The notes below the pieces were generated by a model. That model was not told where the DNA came from and made no database searches. It saw only the letters and a list, made by a program, of their open reading frames with translations. Made by a program: the position numbers and the translations under genes. This document shows positions 23,001 to 36,770 of a stretch of 64,000 bases of DNA, piece after piece. Origin of the DNA: Macrostomum hystrix (taxonomy: Eukaryota; Animalia; Platyhelminthes); the NCBI GenBank assembly GCA_950097015.1, contig CATNEN010000032.1, positions 496,001-560,000 on the forward strand, written 5' to 3'. Position 1 is the stretch's first letter; every line of letters starts with the position of its first letter.

Positions 23001-25245
23001 AAATTTGGGACATTGGTCTAGAACATCAGCTAGGTATGGGAGATTGGCCATCAGCATTTGACAGATATGAAAGATTATCCCTGACAAGGATAGGACATCT
23101 GACAGGGATAGGATATTGGCTATGAAGAGCTAGCCAAGAGATTTATGACTATCTTTGGTTAATTATATATGTTAAAAAATAAACTATTTTCAATGGGAAG
23201 TAGAGAACACCACTGATGACTAAGCATACTAGGCATTTCATCAAAATCTTAGGGAAAAGAAAACAAATTGATTAACTACTTGTAAGTTGTATCAGAAGCA
23301 ATCACATAACCTTGTGGATTGAAACTCACTAGCTCTGCAGTAAGGCATATGGATACACAGTTGACCTAGTTTTCAAAATATTTAGTTGCCAATATACAAG
23401 CTAAAGATTTGTATACTCTTTACTTTTACTCTCTTTTACTATTTAGGAATGGTGGTATAGCTAGCTTTCTTGGCCTATTAACACAGCTCATTGTATCTAT
23501 ACATTAAGATAGAATTGACCTAAAAGACTAATTTTATTCATTGGCCTAAAAATTGTTAATTAAAGATGTCTCTGTAGGCTACAGCTAAAACAATTTTTGG
23601 AGTTAGTTTTTTAGCACTTTGTATTGAAAGTTGTTTAAAATAGCACCATATACTGTACATTAGAATGCAAAGCCATTTTTCCATAATTCATAAATCATAC
23701 TCTTCATTATGAATAGGCTAGCCATAGGTTTATAATATAAGGTGTTTCCTGTAAATTTTTTACAATACTAAAAAAATACTTATTTTTTATTGTATTAAAA
23801 ATGATAAACAAAATTTCTGAACCTAATATTTGCTTTACACCTCTGCCTCCATCTCTAGCATTTTATTTTTTGCCTACACCTGCTAAAACTTGTAGGTAGA
23901 CCCTAGTAAAAATATTTTACTTGATCTAATATATGTAAAAGAGTTCACCTGCTATTAATGAATTGCTTAATTATGAAGGCATATTATTGCATAATATGAA
24001 GGCTTAATTTGTGGCAGAAAAATCAACTGTTAAAAAAATAGGTACCTCATTAATTACATTACATATGACCCAATTTCTAAAACAATTCTATTCTACCTAT
24101 TACTGCTATACATAGCAGATCAAATCACAATGTCAGTCATTATATTGAAGGTTTAGTCCTTCATTATTTTAAATTGGACTTTCTAAGCATTGATAGGCAT
24201 ATTAGACATCAATTGATCATGAAACTATTTTTTGTCAAAAGTGCAGTCGCAAATTGCAAACAAGTCTTCAGTAACGTTATCAAGTTACACAATGGACATT
24301 GTGCAATTGAAAGCCAAGTGGTATCATGCAGTTAACTTCGTCAGAAATATATAAAAATTAGGATATTAATGCCTACTCTCAGTATAAAAAGCTTTTTCGA
24401 ACGTACAATCGCAACGTTAATTTGTTTTGTTATGTTTGTCATCGTGAAGATTCATTTTCCTAGAAATGCTAAACATTTGTATTCCCCCCCTATTTCTAAG
24501 AAATCAAAAGTACCTCTATAAGTGAGCAGCAGAGCAGTCAGCAGTGGCTAGATACTGGGAGCTTCTGGACTTCAAGAGACTTGATTTGTTCAACAAGGTA
24601 AACAATATACTTATGTTGATATTAATTATTAATCTTCAGATACTTTGATATTAAATGGTAGAATATTTGATGGTGACTGTACTCATACTCATAGCCTTCT
24701 TACTTGTTCAATTTTATTTAAAACTTTCTTGCATTACACAAACTCGGGATATTGAATGCATGATAAATCATTTGTATATATTCCTTATATGCAACTAAAG
24801 AAGTACAGCTGCTAATAATTATTAACTGACACTTATGAGTTATGACCTTTATGCCATCGACATTCAACTATAGTCCACCCTTAAGACCTTAGCAGGTTTA
24901 TACAGTAGCTATACATGTATAATATGTGCTGTTTAAAACCTAAATTTGTATACATTGGATGTAAGACTGCTGATTGGGAGAAATTAATTGTGTATATATG
25001 TCCTAAATTAATTGTTACCCATCTATTACTCATAAAACTGCAGAAAATTAAATTCATATTAGTGCTCTATAATATTTTTTTACCTTAAAACTTGATGAAG
25101 AGCTTAAATTTATTCTTTTTTATATCTTTTATTTGGCCCAAATTTATTTCATTTCAGATTTTAGAAGTTCTTTTTCACTTTTAAAGAAACACTGCCTTGA
25201 AGATAAAACCCAATTTTTATTCCCACAGACTATCCACTTCAAAGC

Positions 25246-26779
25246 ATGGTCATGTCTGCTGCACAATATGAAGCTTGCAGCACTGATATGCTTTTGCTGG
25301 CTTTGGAACGGCAGATAGTTGCAGAGAGAATGAGCAATCCACCTTCCCAGGTGTCAAAAAGGCTATTAAAGTTTTGTATCGGCTGGGAGCTGAGAAATCA
25401 AACTGGTCCTATAATAGTAGCTCTAATGTTGTTGACTGCTTCATGCATTGTTCTACACCAGAATGAGCAGGTGAGAATGAGACATCATGGAACTGAATTT
25501 TGTTTCATATAATATATTGTGCAAGTGCACTCATATTAACCAATAATTTGTTACCGCAGGCTGGACTTCTTGTGATGACGCATCTTCGCTTAGCCACTGC
25601 ATCCACCCTGCTGCCGCTAGCCGAGTGGCTGGGCCTGCCCGACGAGCTCTGCCTCATCGGCAATCCGCTCCACGAGCCTCCATTCGTCCTGAAGCCGCCC
25701 GATGACTGCCGCAGCTGCAACAGTCTGGACCGGGTTGTGCGCATTCGCGAGGGCCCATTTCTGCCGGCCGACTTCTTGCGCGATCTCATCAATACCCAGC
25801 AGCCGGCTGTGCTGGATGCTGAGGTTTGTGAAATCATTGCCCAGCAACCTTTTTTTCTATGATTTTCCCTGGTGTCAGTTCGAGACTCAAACCATTAGCA
25901 GTTGTTATTAAAACAATTAACCCACCGGCAATTGTCCACGGACTTGTAATCGTTGTCTTATTAAGTTGAGAACTGCGACCTTCGCAGGCCTGCGGTCCCA
26001 ACCTGCTGTTCTCAGCCGGCCCTGGCAACGCCACCCCGGCCGAGCTGGCCGCATTCTACGAGCAGCTGTCGCCGCTGCCAATCCGCGGTCAGCCCGAGGG
26101 CCTTCCAGACGGTGCTAATGACTACGCAGCCGTGAACTCGCTGGCGGCGGCTGTCGACGGCGTCTGCGATATGCGATTCAGCTTGGCGCAGAGCCGGCCG
26201 GACATCAACTCGCCGATTCGCCTCCTCAGAGCCGCGGCCGCCTCCAGCGATCCGTTAGACGGCTGGGCGGCATCCTGGCGCAACTGCCAGCATGAGTCGG
26301 TTCGACATTTTCGCCGATTTCTAGACCGGCCGACCTGTCTGCCTTTCTCGGCGTCTGTTGGCACGAGCCACCTGCTGCTGTGGAGCTCGCATCCCGGCCA
26401 TCGGGCTCTGACGCTGCCAACCAGCCCTGAGCCTAACCTGCTGCTGCTTCACCAGGTTTGCCGCATCGTGTACTTTTACTCAACCTAATTGCTTCTCCTA
26501 ATAAGTAATAATATTTTTCCTCTCGCAATCTCTTTGATTAGCTTCGACTTGAGCTTCCTCTAATCTCAGTTTTCACTTATTCCGCAGGTTTCAGGTACAG
26601 TTCGCATTGAACTGACGCCTCGGTCGGCCTGTCGCGGCGCCTGTGTTAGCCTTCAGACGGTTCTTCGGCCAGGCCAGCTGCTGTCCATCAGCAACCGGTT
26701 CTACACCACTGCCTGGCTGCCACTGACCATGGGCTCCGGCCTTGCCGTGGGTGTTGAGGCCTATACTGTGCCCTTTTAG
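25246..26779 (+). CDS. C6orf89: C6orf89/BRAP-like type II membrane protein with degenerate cupin/JmjC-like domain, about 382 aa
   Basis: Phase-0 exons 25246-25470, 25560-25823, 25988-26455, 26588-26779. TM segment, CLIGNP, DCRSC, WRNC...RP..LP and VSGTVRIELTPRSACRGACVSLQTVLRPGQ resemble the remembered C6orf89 C-terminus (LQLIPPFQCRRHCQSVAMPIEPGD). Confidence 0.7.
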
Positions 26780-27483
26780 TTAGGTCGATTTTGATCTAAA
26801 TCAGTACTCGAGATCTCTATTATTATAGGATGAGTCTGTTTGTTATAAGTTCATGCCTTCAATTACACTCCAATTGATTTAATCGTGAGTCTTTTGGCAC
26901 TTCCGCCATAAGTGTTTAGTCTCGAGACTAAAGTCCAGAGTCTTCAGTTCTGAGTTTCGTCACTTCATAAAAATGACCCAGATGCCTTCGAGATCACCTG
27001 AAAATGTTACTCTGGTTTTTTTGTTAAATAATGTTCTCATTAATTATCTTGCTTAAAAAACATTGACTGCATTTCTATTGAACTATTATGGCCATTGTTT
27101 TCCGATCTCCTTTGAGCAACTTACGATTCCGTCTGCTTAGGCTTGTTATTTTAATGCTGATTTAAGTTCTATTGCATCTATTATTTGAGATTCTGCTTTA
27201 CTCATTGCGCGACTGCCCTGTACACAGTATAAAACTTCTACTTGCAAATATACCTAGCTGGTAATATTCCAAAATGCGTCTAGACATTGTAGAAAGCGTA
27301 AATCGAGTTACAAGTACCAAAGTGGTTTAAAATTAAGCACGGAGCAACTAAATCTTGCAGTGACAACATGCATTTCCGTCACGCTTTATGCGCAAGAAAT
27401 CACTTGATGAAATCTTTATTGATTAATTGAAACTCGAATGTGCACTTTTTAAGCTTATTCCGATCGTCAACGTCTGCGAATCA

Positions 27484-28245
27484 CTACCGAAAACTACGCG
27501 CCCACCGGCGCAGACGAGACATGGATATTAGAGGCCTGGTTGGGGCCTGTTCTGCTGGACGCCGAAGTCTGACCGACCTGCAGGGCGTTGATGCTTGTGG
27601 CGGAGTCTGCGGTGGCGTCGGCGCCCGCCGCTTCAATGACCGACGACTTTCCCGATTGACTGAGCGTCGAAGTGTAGCAGCCGCCGTCGGTCGAGGCGGC
27701 GGTGTCGAAGTTCCTATAGTCGAAGAGGCTGGAGAACAAAGCGGTGTCGATAGCCTAGGAGGCGGCGGTCGCGGTGGTGGCAGTCGAGGCGGCTGCGCAG
27801 GCTGGCTTAGATTGGACAGCAGCTCGCCCAGCTCCGCTGGCAGTGGCCTCCGCAGCTCTTGCTGGTCAGCTCCTGGACCGTCCGCAACAGACAGTGCAGC
27901 CAGAAGGCCCGCCAGTAGGGCTTCAGCTAGGCGAGCCGAGTTGCTGCCCGAGATCGGGCCTCTCGAAGTGTCGCAGAAGGATCCAGGCGTGTCACCCGCG
28001 GCCATTGGCGCATTTCTACGGCGCTCGACTAGGCCGGCAAGGCAGACGTTTAGCGGCAGCTCCGCATCTGTCGGGCAGCGGCCGCGGCACAGCGGGCAGG
28101 CGTCGCCACCGGGTTGCTGGCGCCAGTTAGCGAAGCAGGTGTTGCAGAAGCTGTGACCGCATGGTGTCACCCGTGGATCAACGAACAGGCAGTCGCAGAT
28201 GCTGCAGGTGAGGTCGGAGTCGTCTTCGACGTCCGCGCTGTTCAT
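27484..28245 (-). CDS. C3HC4 RING-finger protein with Pro/Ser-rich low-complexity C-terminus, about 253 aa
   Basis: LTCSICDCLFVDPRVTPCGHSFCNTC...ACPLCR. An acceptor TGTGTCAG abuts the ATG at 28245; a small upstream exon is possible. Confidence 0.88.
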   Translation of the reverse strand: MNSADVEDDSDLTCSICDCLFVDPRVTPCGHSFCNTCFANWRQQPGGDACPLCRGRCPTDAELPLNVCLAGLVERRRNAPMAAGDTPGSFCDTSRGPISGSNSARLAEALLAGLLAALSVADGPGADQQELRRPLPAELGELLSNLSQPAQPPRLPPPRPPPPRLSTPLCSPASSTIGTSTPPPRPTAAATLRRSVNRESRRSLKRRAPTPPQTPPQASTPCRSVRLRRPAEQAPTRPLISMSRLRRWARSFR

Positions 28246-30349
28246 CTGACACAATCAGTTCAAATCGGATAGCGAATTAGCAGCTTCTCGCAATATCTGT
28301 ATTAATTTTATTTGGAATTTTGAATAGACATCGAGATTGTATTGAATAAATTAGGAAATAAATGATACATATTCCATTCACAAACACGGCTAGGTAACTT
28401 CCCAGTTACACAAAATGCGACTTTCTCTTTGCAGCATAGATTTTGCCGGACACCTGCAGCATGTGATTCCGTAGAAGATAAGCGTGTAAGCCCAAAGACC
28501 TATGTATACTCTAGCTAGCATTTATGGTATGCTAGTCCTTGCTAATCAGTAAAATGTCATGTAATCAATGTACGAGTACATCACATGCACATATCGAGGA
28601 ATTGAGAGGCTGAGTGGGGAAATTCTCCGACTTTGTATAGCCCATGAGGACCTAAAATACTAGAGCAGATCAAATCCGTATCGACTTACTAGTGTCGTTA
28701 AATCAGGAATTTTAGCTGTTCAGTATAACTGCTTTCAATCTCGCTTTCCGAATCACAGAGCTCTGATATTTATGTGACTTTTTGAAGCCAGTAACTTGGA
28801 AGAATAAATTTCTAAGAACTTCTTAGAAATTGCTGCTTTTTGATCTTAGCCGGTTACTTTAGCTGGCGCAATGTACGAGTATATATTCGCTTTCTTTAGA
28901 AGAAAAAAATAATTTTTGCTTTCCTGACATGAATTTACAGTAGGCCCCGTACATGTTACACAGTACATGCCTGTTTTATACGAAGCACTAAAAATCGTTT
29001 ATTTATACGCACCACTCGGGCCTAGCCACACTTACCCAAGTAGCTAGTGGATGCACAATCTACCCCAACTGTCTCTCCTCGATTATATGATACCTCATAT
29101 CTCTTTAAGTATAGCATGAAGAGTACGTACAGTAAATAGTACAGTACCTTATTCTAATCTCGATCAGGGCTATATATTAAATAAATTTGTGCTCTTCGTA
29201 TAACTTTCTTAATCGGTTTCTTCATCTGATTTAGGTGTAGCTGATATGATCCGCTTTACAGTTTAAATTTTTGATCTATTTAAGAGGACGGCTGTATAAC
29301 AATCAAGATTTTATAGACAACACAGACTTGTTTCGCCCGTGAAAGACATCTTAAGGTAACAGTTCACAACTACTGATGCGAGTACTATTACTCGTATATT
29401 GGCTGTAAAGATATCCTGGGAACCTATTTGCTATCTCAGGCGAGTAACACTACGCCGTGTATACTCTCGTACTTTTGAATAATAGAGTATATGCAACTAT
29501 ACAATTAAATTGCGGTGATCCTGAAGCTTTCGGAACTTTAAGACTCCAGCAAACTTTAGTGAAAAGCTAGTGAACTAGAGCTAGTGAAAACATTCAGATC
29601 AAAGAAGTTTACCCCATTAATACGTTAATCGAGAGCTACGTGTTGATCTTGACACAGCCAACCACATATTGCACTGTGCATCGAATAGCCTAGTCAAGCT
29701 GAATAATATTTGCACTCCTGCATGATTATACAACAGAAATACGCAGAAAACTTATATCCGGCCAACTCATGCTACAGCACGGTAATATACCCATAATACA
29801 GCTGGGTGAATTAAATTATGTTGAGTTTTAAGTGTTCTTCTAAAGGATTTTGCCCCCTAGGCTAGCTGATTTCCTAAATTCAGGACTCTCAGTCTGGGTT
29901 CAATCGAAGCATGTAACTGCGCTAGCAAGGATACAAAAATGCAACATAGTCGTACACGACAATACGGGACAAGTAACTCTTTAAATTAAGTCCCGCAGTT
30001 AAAAGCTTTTAAATTTTTCGTTATAATATAACAATTTATTTTAACAAAAGCCTTAACTTTTCTTGGTAGTATTGGATAGCTACAGAGCTTAATGTTGTAC
30101 GTGAATGATAACTTAATTACAGCTTAAACATGACTTGCTACCGGATTGTGTTTATTTGCTTTTTTCTGTCTCTGTCGTTTTGCTTGATTATTTAGCAGGA
30201 TAGGATTCTGTTGTGCGAAATCCGTTGTATAATATATTGTAACGGCATACACATTCACTTAAGTGTAGGCCTTATATGATCTAAATTTCAGATCTAAAGT
30301 TTACATTCAGTTTGAAGTCAACAAAGAAGGCTACGAGCTGAGGGACGAC

Positions 30350-33300
30350 ATGCTGGTAAATTTATATGAGTTTTTGTTTTGGTCAAGCTTGCTAACCGAT
30401 TGATCTGTTTATTAGAAACACTATTGATTAATTTCGTTTTCACGTACTCTTATTTAGCTTCGTTTTATATTATCAGTTTCTACTCTTTCTATTTCATAAT
30501 ATTGCAGACTATACGTTAAGCATATCCACTTATCTAAATATGCTCGTTGTACTTGTACGTACACAGCATGTCATTTTGAGCAAGCTTAGGCCTAATGTTT
30601 ACAAGTTACATAATTTTAGAAGTACACTCACTCAGTTACAGAACAGCTTACAGAATTGTATAGAAATTATGAGGATTAATTTTTGTGAGGCTATCTATTT
30701 ATATTGTAATGCATGAATTATGTTTACAAACAAAATACAATAACAAAATGCGAGACAAAAATAGTAAGGCCATTTTTTGCAGCTCCTTGTCCTTCTCCTC
30801 AGAGTGATATAAATGCAAACAATAAGGATCAGCCTGGTGTTTATTAGGAAGTTGGCAGAAAATCAACCAGTGAAGGATTTGATTAGGCCTACATATAATT
30901 ATCATCATTCATAGGGGCTGTGTGTCACAGCCATGGGATTTAAAAAACATCTTAAAATGCTTAATGTCTTAAAAATTATGTTCTTACTTTGGTTCTAGAA
31001 TTCATATAAAATTCAAAAGCATATACTAATGGATACTTTTTTCCTTTATTTAAAAAAATATTTTTAATAGATATAGTCAAAGGCTAGGACCTAGTTGATT
31101 AAAAACTTATTTGTTTTTACATAAGACTTTCTTATCAGACATCATTTAGAGTCTATTATCTAGTTATAGGCCTAGGCCCTAGCCTAATTAGTGATAATTT
31201 GTAATGAATCTATAAGATCTATGTAGCTAAAAACTGATATATAAAGTATAGCAGGCATGTTCAACAAAAAAGACAAATAATTAAGATCAGTAAAGACTAG
31301 TAAAAGACAGAATAAGTGTCCTACAAGCAATCAAAAGCAGTTTTCTATAGTAAAAGCTTGCAGCCTAATAGTTATAGAATATGACTGCTGACTAAAGAGG
31401 CTACATAGGCCCCCTACCTAGAGTTTGAATAAAAAAACAATGTCATTGAAAATGGGACTTAATTCCTTATTAAATATAACTAATCCATAAACTGTGGATT
31501 AGTTTACCTAGCTGTAAAATGTGTTGTTACCTGCTTTAGCTAGGGTAGAAATTTTGGTATGTATGGCAGCCTCCCAAGTCCATAGACTGAACAGGAACAG
31601 CTGTACATGGCTTTGGCAGCCATACTACTAGCTATAAAGTAAGATTTTCTTTATATATTTATAATAAAGTCTCTTTAGAACTCAATTTTAAAAGCTTTTT
31701 TTCCTTTAATGTCGCCAAATCCATTCATATTGGTCAGAAAATCTGAAGTCATTGAATATGTGAAAACAGCTAGAGCCTTTAAAGTAACACAGATCAATAC
31801 ATATATTTCAAATCAAGTAAATGTTAATAAATTAATAAAATCTAAACTGTTTGGTTCTGTTTAAGCCCTTTCATATTAGTTATTCTTCTAGTAGGCTAAT
31901 TGATTAGCTATATAAGACTATGAGAGGACACCATATCAATGAGCTCTTGCATATGCATGATTATTTATTATGTCAGGATGAACTAGAGCAGCACCACATC
32001 GACCTGTCCGATAATGGCCAGTCGCGAACTGAGAGTGTTGACCTCGGCGGCAGCGATCTGCGCGTTGAAATCTCCGACGCTCTAAGCGAGAAGGAGCGAG
32101 TTAAATTCACGATCAAAACTGTCACCAGCCTGGTGCCAAGATTCGCCAGGCGCGAGTTCTCCGTTACTCGCACCCACGAGGAATTCGCCTGGCTGGCTGA
32201 CCGGCTGGCCGAGAATCCCGACTACGCCGGCTGTGTCATTCCGCCCGTGCCGCCTACGCCGGACTTTTCGTCGTCGCGCGACAAACTGGCTAGATTAGGC
32301 GAGGGCGAGAGCACCATGACAAAGGACGAATACGACAAGATGAAGTCAGAGCTGGAGGCGTGAGTAGCTACTCTGCTTTTCACTTGCATCTTAGAAAATT
32401 CCATTTTAAACATGGCAGCCTATTTAACTTACAACTCTTCCAAGGGAATATCTGGCCACATTCAAGAAGACGGTGGCCATGCACGAGGTGTTTCTGCGCC
32501 GCATTGCCGAGCATCCCAAATTGAGGGACGACGAAATCTTTAAAGTGTTTCTGGAGTTCGACAAAGATGTAAGCGGCGAAATCATGTCTTTTAAGTGCCT
32601 TTTCACAACCATGAAGTTATCCTAAAACAACTGTAAAGTTATCTGGAACAACAATCTCAATGACTCTTCCAAATAGCAAAGTTTTTAAAACTAATTCAAA
32701 GCCAAAACTAAACATCTAAAATCATCAGCTGAGCGTACGCGCCAAGAACAAACGCGAATTGGTTCAGGGCTTCTTCAAAAGCGGCTGGAAGACAGTCGAT
32801 GACGCGATCCTGTCCACGCAGAAGGAGAAGGACGAATTCTTCGAGGCGCAGAAGCGTTTCATCACCGTGTTCTATGGACACCTGAAAGCTGCTCTCAGCG
32901 AGGTTGACAGAATGAACCGGCATAATAAAGGTGTGCGGCTTTAACCATTAGCACTGTTGATGAGGCCGAGAAGCAAGGGGCCTACAACGTCGAGGGAAAG
33001 AGAGAAGGGATCTACCAGGTTGAGTGGAGACAGAAGGGATCTACAGAGAGAGAAGGGATCTACCAGGTTGAGTGGAGACAGAAGGGATCTACAGAGAGAG
33101 AAGGGATCTACCAGGTAGAGTGGAGAGAGAAGGTATCTATGAGGTAGAGCAGAGAGAACGGATCTACCAAGTAGAGCGGAGAGAGAAGGGATCTATTAGA
33201 CACAAGCGAATAGAAATAGACATCGGCAGTTGTTAAAACTTTGACTGTCTTCAGCATAGCTCGATGGCGAAAAAATAATTTTTTTAATTTCTGTCCGTTT

Positions 33301-36012
33301 CGCAGCCGCGGCTGACACCTACATTCGCGTGTCCGCTTGCTCCTCAGCCTGCGCCAAATTCGAACGCGATGATCAGCTAGCCGAGTGAGTCTTTTGCCCT
33401 GCCCGTTTCGTATTTGTATTTGTTATTCTCAGGTTTACCTGAGTGTGCTTGCTGCCTTATGTATTTGTCCTCCAATTTAGTGCCTAGATCTCAAGAATAG
33501 AAATCAGAATTAAGGAGGGAAAAAAGCACTTTTAGATTTTTTAATACTTCAATATCTACCGATCGGTTACCATACGCTCGTATATGCGGAGGGGTGAGTG
33601 GCAGAGAGTCTAACGCACACCTAGATCCGTGAGCTCGATTCCGTGGCGAGGCCACATTTATTTTGGGCGCAGCCGCGGAGAGAAGGCCTGGGGGCTTGTC
33701 GGGCTGACTCCTGAGACTGTACACTGCCTGACGATAACATTTTCAAGGCAGATTTATACACATACACCTCTGTGAGCGTGTGTGCTCAGGAGTCAGCGCC
33801 GAGACAATCCAGAATTGATGTGCCATTGCCCGCAGCCTGTAGAATCTGAGTCGTTAGGAAAGGAATACTATTTAAAAAGGCACTTAAATCCCGAATGCTG
33901 TAGCTTGCCCCGCTGGAAAATGGGTACCATCATTAGCTGGTACACATTCAGTCCATCGTCCTCCAGTCCATAGACATTATTCCTTGTTTTGGCCGTCAGA
34001 TTTCTAACCGCATTCGCTGACTTCTGCGAGCGCTACCGCAAGCTGGAGGGCCGCACCGCCTCAGACAGCGACCTGAAGCTGGCGGACACCCTGCACTATT
34101 ATGTGTCCGACTGCAACAGCGCAAAGGACCTGCTCTACAGGCGGGCCAGGGCTCTGGCCGATTTTGAGTCGGCCAACAAAGAGCTGGAGAAGGCCAGGGC
34201 CAAGGGCAAAGCGGTGCAGAAGGCTGAGGCCGACCAGGAGGCCGCCTTTAACGCCTTCAATGCAATCTCAGAGGCGGCCAGGGCCGAGCTGATGGGCTTC
34301 AAGCAGCGCTGGGTGGCCTACCTGCACAAGAACCTCACCGACCTAGCCGAGCTGCAGATTAAGCATGCGAAAGTAAGTCTTTGTCGCCTATTTTCTCATT
34401 TACTTGTATCTATTGGTTGAGTTTGGAATTCGTTCATCATTTTGGGGTTTATCCGTTAGTTGAGACTTGAATATTCCCTAATTTGGGGATTTATCCCTTA
34501 TTTGAGACTTGAATATTCCCTACTTTGGGTATTTATCCCTTATTTGAGACCTGAATATTCCCTAATTTGAGGATTTATCCCTTATTTGAGACTTGAATAT
34601 TCCCTAATTTGGGGATTTATCCCTTATTTGAGACTTGAATATTCCCTAATTTGGGTATTTATTTCTTATTTGAGACTTGCATATTCCCTAATTTGGGGAT
34701 TTATCCCTTATTTGAGACTGTGACATTCCCTAATTTGGGGATTTATCCGTTAGTTGAGACTTGAATATTCCCTAATTTGGGGATTTATCCCTTATTTGAG
34801 ACTGTGATATTCCCTAATTTGGGGATTTATCTCTTATTTGAGACTGTGACATTCCCTAATTTGGGGATTTATCCCTTATTTGAGACTTGAATATTCCCTA
34901 ATTTGGGGATTTATCCCTTATTTGAGACTGTGATATTCCCTAATTTGGGGATTTATCCCTTATTTGAGACTGATATTCCCTAATTTGGGGATTTATCCCT
35001 TATTTGAGACTGTGATATTCCCTAATTTGGGGATTTATCCCTTATTTGAGACTGTGATATTCCCTAATTTGGGGATTTATCCCTTATTTGAGACTGTGAT
35101 ATTCCCTAATTTGGGGATTTATCTCTTATTTGAGACTGTGATATTCCCTAATTTGGGGGTTTATCCCTTATTTGAGACTGATATTCCCTAATTTGGGGAT
35201 TTATCCCTTATTTGAGACTGTGATATTCCCTAATTTGGGGATTTATCCCTTATTTGAGACTGTGATATTCCCTAATTTGGGGATTTATCCCTTATTTGAG
35301 ACTGTGATATTCCCTAATTTGGGGATTTATCCCTTATTTGAGACTGTGATATTCCCTAATTTGGGGATTTATCCCTTATTTGAGACTGTGATATTCCCTA
35401 ATTTGGGGATTTATCCCTTATTTGAGACTGTGATATTCCCTAATTTGGGGATTTATCCCTTATTTGAGACTGTGATATTCCCTAATTTGGGGATTTATCC
35501 CTTATTTGAGACTGTGATATTCCCTAATTTGGGGATTTATCCCTTATTTGAGACTGTGATATTCCCTAATTTGGGGATTTATCCCTTATTTGAGACTGTG
35601 ATATTCCCTAATTTGGGGATTTATCCCTTATTTGAGACTGTGATATTCCCTTATTTAGGATTATTTTATTTTAATTATTGTGCTGAAATATTCTCAGGAT
35701 CAGTACAATGGTCATCGCCTGTTTCCTTCCTAGTTGCAGTCAAAAGTCGTAGACCCATAAGTTACAGTTTACATTAGTTGCATTTATTCCCTTAAGATGC
35801 ATATTAAATAAATAATTTAATCCCATAGGATGTATTTGAAAGGAACTGGTTCATTTCCTATTTCATTTCTAGCTCCCCGCTTTTAGTCTTGCATAGTAAA
35901 AAGCGCCGTTTGAACTCTCGGCTAACAAAGTCCTTCTGTTGTTGTCTCTTATCTTCTGCAGGGCCAAGTGCAGCTTCTGACACAGACGCTGGAGCGACTG
36001 TGGCAAGGCTGA
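30350..36012 (+). CDS. SNX6: Sorting nexin 5/6/32 family (PX-BAR)
   Basis: Phase-consistent exons 30350-30355 (tentative ML), 31977-32359, 32445-32568, 32729-32930, 33306-33384, 34000-34372, 35962-36012. Motifs [85 protein letters not shown]. Confidence 0.95.
32996..33198. repeat. Degenerate purine-rich intronic repeat, core AGAGAAGGGATCTAC
   Basis: About 8 core occurrences in SNX6 intron 4. Confidence 0.8.
33596..33842 (+). mobile_element. SINE-like interspersed repeat (type C)
   Basis: A-box-like TGGCAGAG, B-box-like GCTCGATTCC, then GGCGAGGCCACATTT...GCGCAGCCGCGGAGAGAAGGC...TGTACACTGCCTGACGA...TGTGTGCTCAGGAGTCA; shared with 40.4 and 54.0 kb. Confidence 0.75.
34440..35655. repeat. Intronic minisatellite, 42-bp unit GAGACTGTGATATTCCCTAATTTGGGGATTTATCCCTTATTT, about 28 copies
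   Basis: Direct tandem units in the last SNX6 intron; 5' copies carry TTGA in place of TGTG. Confidence 0.97.
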
Positions 36013-36711
36013 ACTAAACTGGACTCTCAATTGGGCAATTGTGAATGGGATTTCTCCACCCGCACGCAATAGTTTACGTGCTTGCGCATCTGTTGAAGCT
36101 GTTGTGTTGTTTCATAACTGGATTATCTTATCTTCCACTCAGCTTTTGTGCTGATCTAACAATTCAATAATAATAGTGAATAGCCTTTATCTGCTTTCAT
36201 CTTCAGCCCTGCCCGTGTGTGCCACCGCTTCTTCATTGTTAAACGTCTGTGTAAAATGCCAATCGTGTCGCCTGTTTTTGTCTCCATTTGTTATTTATAA
36301 TTAGTCTGTTTGGTTTTTAATATGCCTATTTTTCAGTATAACTATGAGATATACTAACAAATACTTTGAAAGGCCAGAAAACAGTTCTTGAGATGTTTTT
36401 ATTGCCTAATTATAGAGAATCAGTTTATGCTAGTTTAATTTAGGATGCGCGGTTTAAGTATCTTCTCCAACTCCAATTTCAAATTTATCTTCGTTCTCTC
36501 TCTTCTCTCTTTATTTATAAATTTTTCGGCTAGCATACACAAAATTTTATAATAAAATCATCACATTCCTAACAAAGACTTTGTTTATTTACTAGTACTT
36601 TCGCTTTATCTAGCTCGCGCTTGTTCCCAATCAGTTTGGAAAGTCTTATTCCAGATCTATCGCAATCGCATGCAGGACACGCTAGTATTCCTACTAATTT
36701 GGTTTTTTAAG

Positions 36712-36770
36712 TGACGAATTTTCTCAATGACGTCATTTCCTGTATGACGTCACACAGATTGGTGACGTCA
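36712..36770. promoter_or_regulatory. Cluster of three perfect CRE palindromes (TGACGTCA) with interleaved ETS-like and CCAAT motifs
   Basis: TGACGTCA at 36728-36735, 36745-36752 and 36763-36770; half site TGACG at about 36712; TTCCTG and ATTGG lie between them. Confidence 0.6.

Noticed and set aside
30770-31640. Extra SNX6 N-terminal exons at about 30784 and 31590
   Set aside because: Splice-like signals exist, but phases do not join to the ML exon and the peptides show no family similarity.
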